A stretch of 64,000 nt of DNA, from the NCBI RefSeq assembly GCF_009914755.1, contig NC_060925.1; one strand, 5' to 3'. Numbering within the stretch: the first letter of the stretch is position 1; the number at the start of each line of letters is the position of its first letter. Source of the DNA: the human T2T-CHM13v2.0 reference genome, Homo sapiens. A model generated the notes under the pieces. The model had not been told where the DNA came from. It worked only from the letters and a program-made list of their open reading frames with translations, and ran no database searches. Shown here piece after piece: positions 1 to 64,000 of this stretch. The position numbers and the translations under genes were made by a program.

Positions 1-379
1 GGGAAGATCCTTTGAGCCCAGGAGTCAGAGACAAGCCTGGACAACACAGGGAGACCCCTTCTCTACAAATAAAATTTACAAATTAGCCGGGCCTGGTGGC
101 GCGCACCTGTGGTCCCATCTACTCAGGTGGCTGAGGCAGGAGAATCGCTGGAACCCGGAAGGCGGAGGTTGCCGTGAGCGGAGATAGCACCACCGCACTC
201 CAGCCTGGGTGACACAGCAAGACTCCGTCTCAAAAAAAAAAAAAAAAATCCAATTTGGAGGTTGTTTTGTGTCCGTTTTTGTTGTTGTTGTTAACTGTGT
301 TAATTCACAGATTTGAAGTTTTAGAAAATTAACTACAACTAAATCCGAGCTATTCTGCTGACAGCATTTATTCAAATTA

Positions 380-1010
380 TGCTTAAAGTTTTCAGAGATA
401 ACCAAAGCCAACAGAATTCAACGTGCGCCCAGGTCTCGCTTTGCCCTCGCTGTGCCTTCTCCGTAGGCCGCTCTCTGGGCCAAGCACCTCCCCGGAACGC
501 GCGCAACCGCGGCGGACAGGCAGCCGCCGGCGCGGGAGCTGAGGTAGGAGCCCGGGGCACCCACAGGCCGCAGCGGACGCACGCAGCTAGCACGGTCCCC
601 GCCCCGGGTCGCGCCTGCGGCCTCCCCAGCGTCTGCGCCGCGAGTCCGCTGGACCCGCCAGGGCGTAACGGCGGGTAACCCGCCCCACCCGCCGCACAAC
701 ACACCCAACTGCACGGACTCACGTCCGGGATCCCCTGCCTGCCTCTCGAGGAAGACACCTGCCCAGGCCGGCCGCAGAAGAGGTCGCACAGCTTGCCGCC
801 GCCCAGGGTTTCAGCGTGCTTCCTGGGCCTCGTCATCGAATTGTTCGGCTGACGGCTGCGTGTCCCTCCCCCGTTGCGGGCCGCTGATTGGCCTCGTTGA
901 TTGGGCGGGGCTAGTAGCGGGACCGGCCTCTGCGCGCGGGTTATTTTCGCCGCGGATTTTCTTTTACTTTTCATCTGCGGAACTCTTTCTGCGAAGGAAA
1001 TCTCGCCTGG
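380..1010 (-). promoter_or_regulatory. CLCC1: CpG island promoter / 5' end of a minus-strand gene (probably CLCC1)
   Basis: Very CpG-dense. Two CCAAT boxes in minus-sense (ATTGG on + at 887-891, 900-904) and a GC box GGGCGGGG at 903-910. Gene identity rests only on recalled adjacency to the WDR47 3' end. Confidence 0.7.
723..845 (-). other. CLCC1: Probable non-coding first exon
   Basis: Strong minus-strand donor GAC|GTGAGT (intron starts 722) downstream of the CCAAT/GC boxes. TSS approximate. Confidence 0.55.
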
Positions 1011-1559
1011 AACTCAAATATATACAACGGATAGGAAACCTATTTTCTTACTATTAATATATTTGATAAGTTTGAATGTGTAACATTCGCCATGAAACGC
1101 AAGCATGATTTTTTTTTTTTTGAGGCAGAGTCTCACAGTGTTGCCCAGGCTGGAGTGCAGTGGCGCGATCTCGGCTCGGCTCACTGCAACCTCTGCCTCC
1201 CGGGTTCAAGCAATTCTCCTCTCTCAGCCTCCCGAGCAGCTGGGACTACAAGCGCGCACCACCACATCCAGCTAATGTGTATTTTTAGCAGAGACAGGGT
1301 TTCACCATGTTGGCTAGGCTGGTCTCGAACTCCTGACCTCAGGTGATCCGCCCGCCTCGGCCTCCCAAAATGCTGGGATTACAGGTGTAAGCCACCGCGC
1401 CTATCCACAAGCATAATTTTTTAAAGGGAGGATCACGAATGACAACTGTAGTTCTACTCAGGGCAGGACAAGGGAAAGGTCTGCACACTGTAGGGCAGTT
1501 GGAAATAGTTTTGTTTTTGTCTTTAACTGCTGGCCTTGCAATCTCGGGAAACTGTGAAG

Positions 1560-3775
<2,216 letters not shown>

Positions 3776-4124
3776 TTATAATTTTGGAAAAGTAAACATT
3801 TTAAAAATAAAATTTGGGGGCAGATGTGGTGTCTCATGCCTGTAATGCTAGCATTTTGGGTGACCAAGATGGGAGGACTGTTAAGAGGCCAGGAGTTTGA
3901 GACCAGCCTAGGCAACATAGTGAGACACCCATCTCTATAAAAAAAATTAGCCCCACATTGTGGCATGTGCCTGTAGTCCTAGCTACTCGGGAGGCTGAGT
4001 GAGGCAGGAGGATCATTTGAGCACAGGAGTTCTAGGCTATAGTGAGCAAGACTTTGTCAATATAACACAATGCAATAGAAAAATTAAACATTTTAAAAAT
4101 AGAAATAATCTCTCAACTTGAGGC

Positions 4125-4125
<1 letters not shown>

Positions 4126-4168
<43 letters not shown>
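4126..4168. repeat. (CA)n microsatellite
   Basis: About 21 CA units. Confidence 0.95.
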
Positions 4169-4170
<2 letters not shown>

Positions 4171-4413
4171 AAATTGGAACAGACCTCTAAATGTCCTCCC
4201 TGGGAATAATTAAGAACCTCTGCACTACCCATCCACCCCAATTCCCCTTCCTTGCACTGCCAAATGAGATGGACCCCAAGAGTATAGATACTTCAGTCCT
4301 CTCATTTTCTCTTTTATGTGAACCTCAAAGAACCTAGTCACCCCATGCAGAAGACATGTGGAGACAAACAAAAAAGGACATATGTAACCAGCTATTTACT
4401 GAAGCAAATATAA

Positions 4414-5371
<958 letters not shown>

Positions 5372-5685
5372 CCATGTTGGCCAGGCTGGTCTCGAACTCC
5401 TGACCTCAAGTGATCCACCCCCTCAGCCTCCCAAAGTCCTGGGATTACAGGCGTGAGCCACCACACCCAGCCTTGATGCTTACTATCTAATGTACTGCAG
5501 TAAAAGAAATGAATTCCATACCTCATGTCCAGGAGAATCTCTTCTCCCTGACAGTGATGAAGGTGGAATACACAATTTTATGAATATTTTTAACCATGAA
5601 CTTGAACTGGTCTCTAAGAAATAGCTTATTTTCCTAGTTTTAAACTTAACACAACTTATCTAATATCTAAAATGTGTGAAATTCA

Positions 5686-7128
<1,443 letters not shown>

Positions 7129-7569
7129 TAATTCGACATATTCATACTCTTGAGTTCAAATTTATACATATTGTTAGGCTTTTATTAGTCAACTTTCACA
7201 ACATATTAAGGATAGAAAGTTCTCTAAATCTTGGATAAAAGAGACAGAAGACACACAAAAGTTATACAGGCCAGGCACAATGGCTCACGCCCATAATCCC
7301 AACACTTCAGGAGGTTGACTCAGGAGAATCACTTGAGGCCAAGAGTTCAAGACCAACCTGGACAAAGCAAGACCCCATTTTTAGAAAAATTATTTTTTTG
7401 TTAATAAGTTATACAGTTGCCAAGGATTAAAAAGCAAATTAGTAGAAGAACTTTAGAAAGAAATCTAAGAAACTGATTATGGACTTCATCCACTGGACCT
7501 CACTTTCTCCCAGTAAACTGAAAAAATAACATTATTTTGAAAGCCAAAGACTGAGGAACAGAAACAGTT

Positions 7570-8783
7570 TTAAATGTCAAGAGGTCTTTATTGAAATAAT
7601 AGCACAGTTACACTTCTAATACCCTTTCCACTTGTATACAACAGATGAAAAATGCTTGCTACATACAGTGCACAGACAGTTCAATAATGAGAACTAATAC
7701 AACTGCATTTGAAATAAATAAAATAGCCTATTTAAATAATTTAAAGTAAAATTACTGTACAATATGAAAATAAAGATACATAAATGTTAGAATCTACAAA
7801 GCTGTAGAAATAAAATCATTATTCTGCATTACACAAAACAGTGCAAGAAAAAAATCCAAATAAGCTTTTGGAGTGCAAAGTTTAAATCTTCCATTTTAAA
7901 TTATCATGCAGACATAGCATTTCAAGCCATGCTATGGTCTATGTCAAGGATTTTAATTTTTAAGGAGAAAAATGCCAGTAAATTTACTGTACCATCAAGT
8001 GTTGCATCACATAACTGCTGCTGCTCTGCTTCTACAGTTCAGTTTGGAAGGGAGGTATCCTGTTGCATTCAAAAAACTGAAGTTAACAAGTTTCTGAAGC
8101 AAACACATTTACCTTTTAGCCTGAAACAAAATTATATGACAAAATAATCATATCCCTGGGTTTAAGAAAAAAGGGCCTATACCATGTAGTAAACTAAGAA
8201 GCAGTTTTTCATTCATCTTTAAACTCCATAATGATCCTTAAGTGAAAGCAACCATGTAACTTTTGAGTGACATATATTATGGAATTCTGACCTCTAGAAG
8301 ACAAGTGATAATACAATATGGGATCGTGAGAAGAGCAAAAGTAATTCTGAACACCTGGGAAGTTTAATCTGGGAGGAACTTGGTTGCATTACATTTAATA
8401 ATATAGTTGAAGTATAATTCCATTTCAATGTGCATATAAAACTGTTATTTAGGCAAAGACCAAGGAATGCATTGAATACTAAACCGTAAACACATTGTCC
8501 ATCCTGACTTGGAGTGCACACCAACAACTGAAGAGCTCTTCTGCAGACTTTGGCAACGAGACTACATATAGCAGGTCACAGCAGCACGAGCTCACATGGA
8601 AGACTGAAAGCACTGCGGAATAACACCACCCAACACCTCCTATCAGTGGGATACATGGTAATAAGGGGCCTCTTCGTGCTAAACCACTTTCCTGGACACT
8701 ATGTTCTTCAGATTTGTAATTTTCACAACTCAGTAGTCTTAAGTCTCTGTGCTTTTGCTGCATAGACTGACATGCGGTGTGCT
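7570..8783 (-). other. WDR47: WDR47 3' UTR (~1.2 kb, no recognisable repeats)
   Basis: Lies between the stop codon and AATAAA. 3' end approximate. Confidence 0.8.
7587..7592 (-). terminator. WDR47: WDR47 polyadenylation signal AATAAA
   Basis: TTTATT on +, at the end of the AU-rich unique 3' UTR, followed by U/GU-rich sequence on the minus strand. Confidence 0.75.
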
Positions 8784-60886
<52,103 letters not shown>

Positions 60887-62835
60887 CTAAATATGAAACA
60901 GAAAAACAATAAAGCTAGTCCTATTGATTTATTTCTAAGTTTAACTGCCTGGCAACTACACATAACAGGTTTACTGGGAATCTTTAGTACACATATTCTG
61001 AAGTGAAGTTAACTTAGTATTTATCAAAACCAAGTCGTTCTTTAATATGTGACAATGGTATGGCCATGATTTTTTAAAGTCCTTATCTTTGAAATACATA
61101 TTGGAATAATTACAGATTAAATGATATAAAGTTTGTGATTTACATGAAAATAATAGAAGAGAAGAGTGGGAAGAGATAAAGATGAAACAAGAATGATTAT
61201 GGTTACTGAAGCAGGGTAATAGGTAAATGAGGGTTTATTATATAATCCTGTCTACTCCTACATGTTTAAAATTTTCCATAATAGAGAATATTTTAAAAAG
61301 TCATTAATAACCAAACCATGTTTAGCTATGTCCCAAATACATTGTCCCAGGTATGCTCTAATACATTCACTCAATAAGTACTTAATGCCTTTTCTCTGTG
61401 ACAGACATGATTCTGTACTCAGGAGACATTGGCCTTGCTTTAAGAAGCTTTAGTCTAGCAGTAATACCTAAATGATGACCTGGTCAGTACAGCGGAGCCA
61501 AACAAAACAAGGTTAGTTAAGATGTGCAACTTTAGGGCAGGTGTAGTGGCGTACGCCTGTAATCCCTGTACTTTGGGAGGCCAAAGTGGAGGGACTGCTT
61601 GAGTTCAGGAGTTCGAGACCAGCCTGGGAACCATGGCAAAACCACATCTGTACAAAAAAAATTAAAAAATTAGCAGGGCAAGATGGTGTGTGTCTATAGT
61701 CCCAGCACTCTGGAGGCTGAGGTGGGAGGATCGCTTGAGCCCAGGAGATCAAGGCTGCAGTGAGCAAAGATCGTGCCACTGCACTACAGCCTGAGCAACA
61801 GAATTAGACTCCGTCTCAAAAAAAAAAGAAAGAAAAAAGTGCAACTTTAGTCATATGGGTAATATCAGTGATATTTCAATACTCTCTAAGCTTCCTTCTA
61901 ACTCTTACCTGTAGGTCTGCTACAACTGAGCACATAATGCTCAGGTTATGAATCCATAAAGATTTAGACCTGGGAGGACTATAAGATCATTTGTTCAACA
62001 TTCTAATTTTACCAGTGAAGCCACACAAGTTAAATGGCCTAAACTGTTACAGTTTTCAAATGTTAAGGTTCAGAGCAATGCAAAATACCACCACACTAGG
62101 GGAGTAGCCACAAAGAAACTTCATCAGATGAAACAGACTATAAGCATATCTTTCTCACAGGACCAACTTATTCTAACCAAGCTTGCAGAAACATAAACAT
62201 ACACATGTGGACTGGGTGTAGTGACTCAAGCCTGTAGTCCCAGCACTTTGGGAGGCTGAAGCAGGAGGATCGCTTGAGCCCAGAAGTTAGAAGTTACATA
62301 CAGTGAGCTATGATCACACCACTGCACACCTCTGAACAACAGAGGAAGACCATGTCTCTAAACAAAACAAAACAAAAAATATATGTAGGCCCACAGGTTA
62401 GTGTTGTTTCCATTTCTTTACTTTTGGGTTGATTTTTTTGTTTATAACAAGAAATGCAAATGTCTAGCAGACTAGAATGCTCTCATCAGCAGATGAGTAC
62501 ATTTTCTCCCTCAGCTAGAGGCCTGGGCATGGTGGCTCACACCTGTAGTTCCAGCACTTTGAGAGGTCGAGGTGGGAGGATCACATGAGCCCAGGAGTGC
62601 GAGACAAGCCTGGGCAACATGGCGAAACATGGTCTCTACCAAAAATATAACAATCAGCCAGCATGTGTGCCTGTAGTTCCAGTTACTCAGGAGGCTGAGG
62701 TGGAAAGATCACTGGAGCCCCAGAAGTTGAGGCTACAGTGAGCGGTGATCATACCACTGCACTCCAGCCTGGGCGGTAGCGTGAGACTCTGCCTCAAAAA
62801 AAAAAAAAAAAAAGAAGGCTGGGCACAGTGGCTCA

Positions 62836-63171
<336 letters not shown>

Positions 63172-63844
63172 TTATACGACTCACTCAAATATTTAATGAC
63201 ATCAGACTACACAAATCCCTCTGCAGAGTAAGAATATGTCTGTCTCAGGAAACAGTAAATCACAAACTTATCTCCCAACACACCAGCTACCCAACTCCGC
63301 ATGCTTTAGGTTTCCCTTTCCTATCTTCTGAGCTGACCACCATCCTCCTGTTCACAGACTTCGTCCAAAAGAGGATACGGTAAAATAAGTTAAGATTTCC
63401 ACTCACTAAATTCTTTTTTTTTTTTTAAAGACAGGGTCTTGCTCTGTCACCTAGGTTAGAGTGCAGTTGCATGACCATGGCCCACTGCAGCCTTGACCTC
63501 CCAGGCTCAAGTGATCCTCCCGCTTCAGCCTTCCAAGTACCTGGGATGACAGGTGTGTGCCACCGTACCCAGCTAATTTTTTATTTTACTTTTTGTAGAG
63601 ACGGGATCTACCTATGTTGCCTAGGCTGCTCTCGAACTCCTGGGCTCAAGCAATCCTCTCGCCTCGGCATCCCAAAGTGTTGGGATTACAGGGATGAGCC
63701 ACCGTGCCCACCTTTTTTTTTTTTCAGGTTATCCGTGGAAACTACTCATTAAATTCTGATCATATCAGAACTGTCTCCCTAATATTATTCTTAGAGCACA
63801 CTGATTAGTGATTTTAGCATTCCTCAAATCTTTAGACAATTCTT

Positions 63845-63907
63845 TTTTTTATTTTTACTGCTCCTTGCAGAGCAGGCTACCCAATAGGCAGTGTGCCCAG
63901 AGTAGCC
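63845..63907 (-). mobile_element. ~50-nt polyadenylated retroposed element
   Basis: Body 63857-63907 plus A-tail; 15-bp TSD matching 12/15 at 63830-63844 / 63908-63922. Confidence 0.65.
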
Positions 63908-64000
63908 CTTCAGGTAATTCTTACTAGCAAAAAAATGGCTTTTACTAATTTAACTCTCAGAAAAAAATATTCCCTCCTCTGTAGGTTCTTAGAGGGCACA

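Noticed and set aside
372-974. 200-aa and overlapping ORFs in the CpG island
   Set aside because: Stop-poor GC-rich DNA is open in several frames on both strands; no recognisable domain.
8294-8765. ORFs within the WDR47 3' UTR
   Set aside because: Short, with no recognisable homology, and downstream of the stop.
63712-63735. Strong plus-strand acceptor-like T14-cag
   Set aside because: Wrong strand for WDR47; T-tract adjoining an Alu; no partner exon seen.

Overview
Human/primate genomic DNA, very Alu-rich; gene content matches my recollection of the CLCC1-WDR47 locus (1p13.3). The minus strand carries all 14 coding exons of WDR47 (ATG 60877, stop 8784). They are joined by GT-AG introns and sum to 2760 nt (919 aa + stop; LisH/CTLH N-terminus, Q-rich segment, C-terminal WD40 repeats). 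The 3' UTR and poly(A) signal are present; the upstream non-coding exon and promoter are not seen. The left end has a CpG-island promoter and probable first exon of the next minus-strand gene (probably CLCC1). Between the genes lie three ERV1 solo LTRs, one inserted inside an Alu with a perfect TSD. WDR47 intron 9 holds a young RPL17 retrocopy's neighbour: a decayed NDUFB3 retrocopy that the ORF track misses and that seems to keep ancestral residues; the intact-ORF RPL17 retrocopy is in intron 8. A ~50-nt structured, polyadenylated, TSD-flanked mini-retroposon sits near the right end. Most tracked ORFs are Alu artefacts. I found no convincing wholly new multi-gene system. Repeat family names and reference protein comparisons are from memory, not searches.
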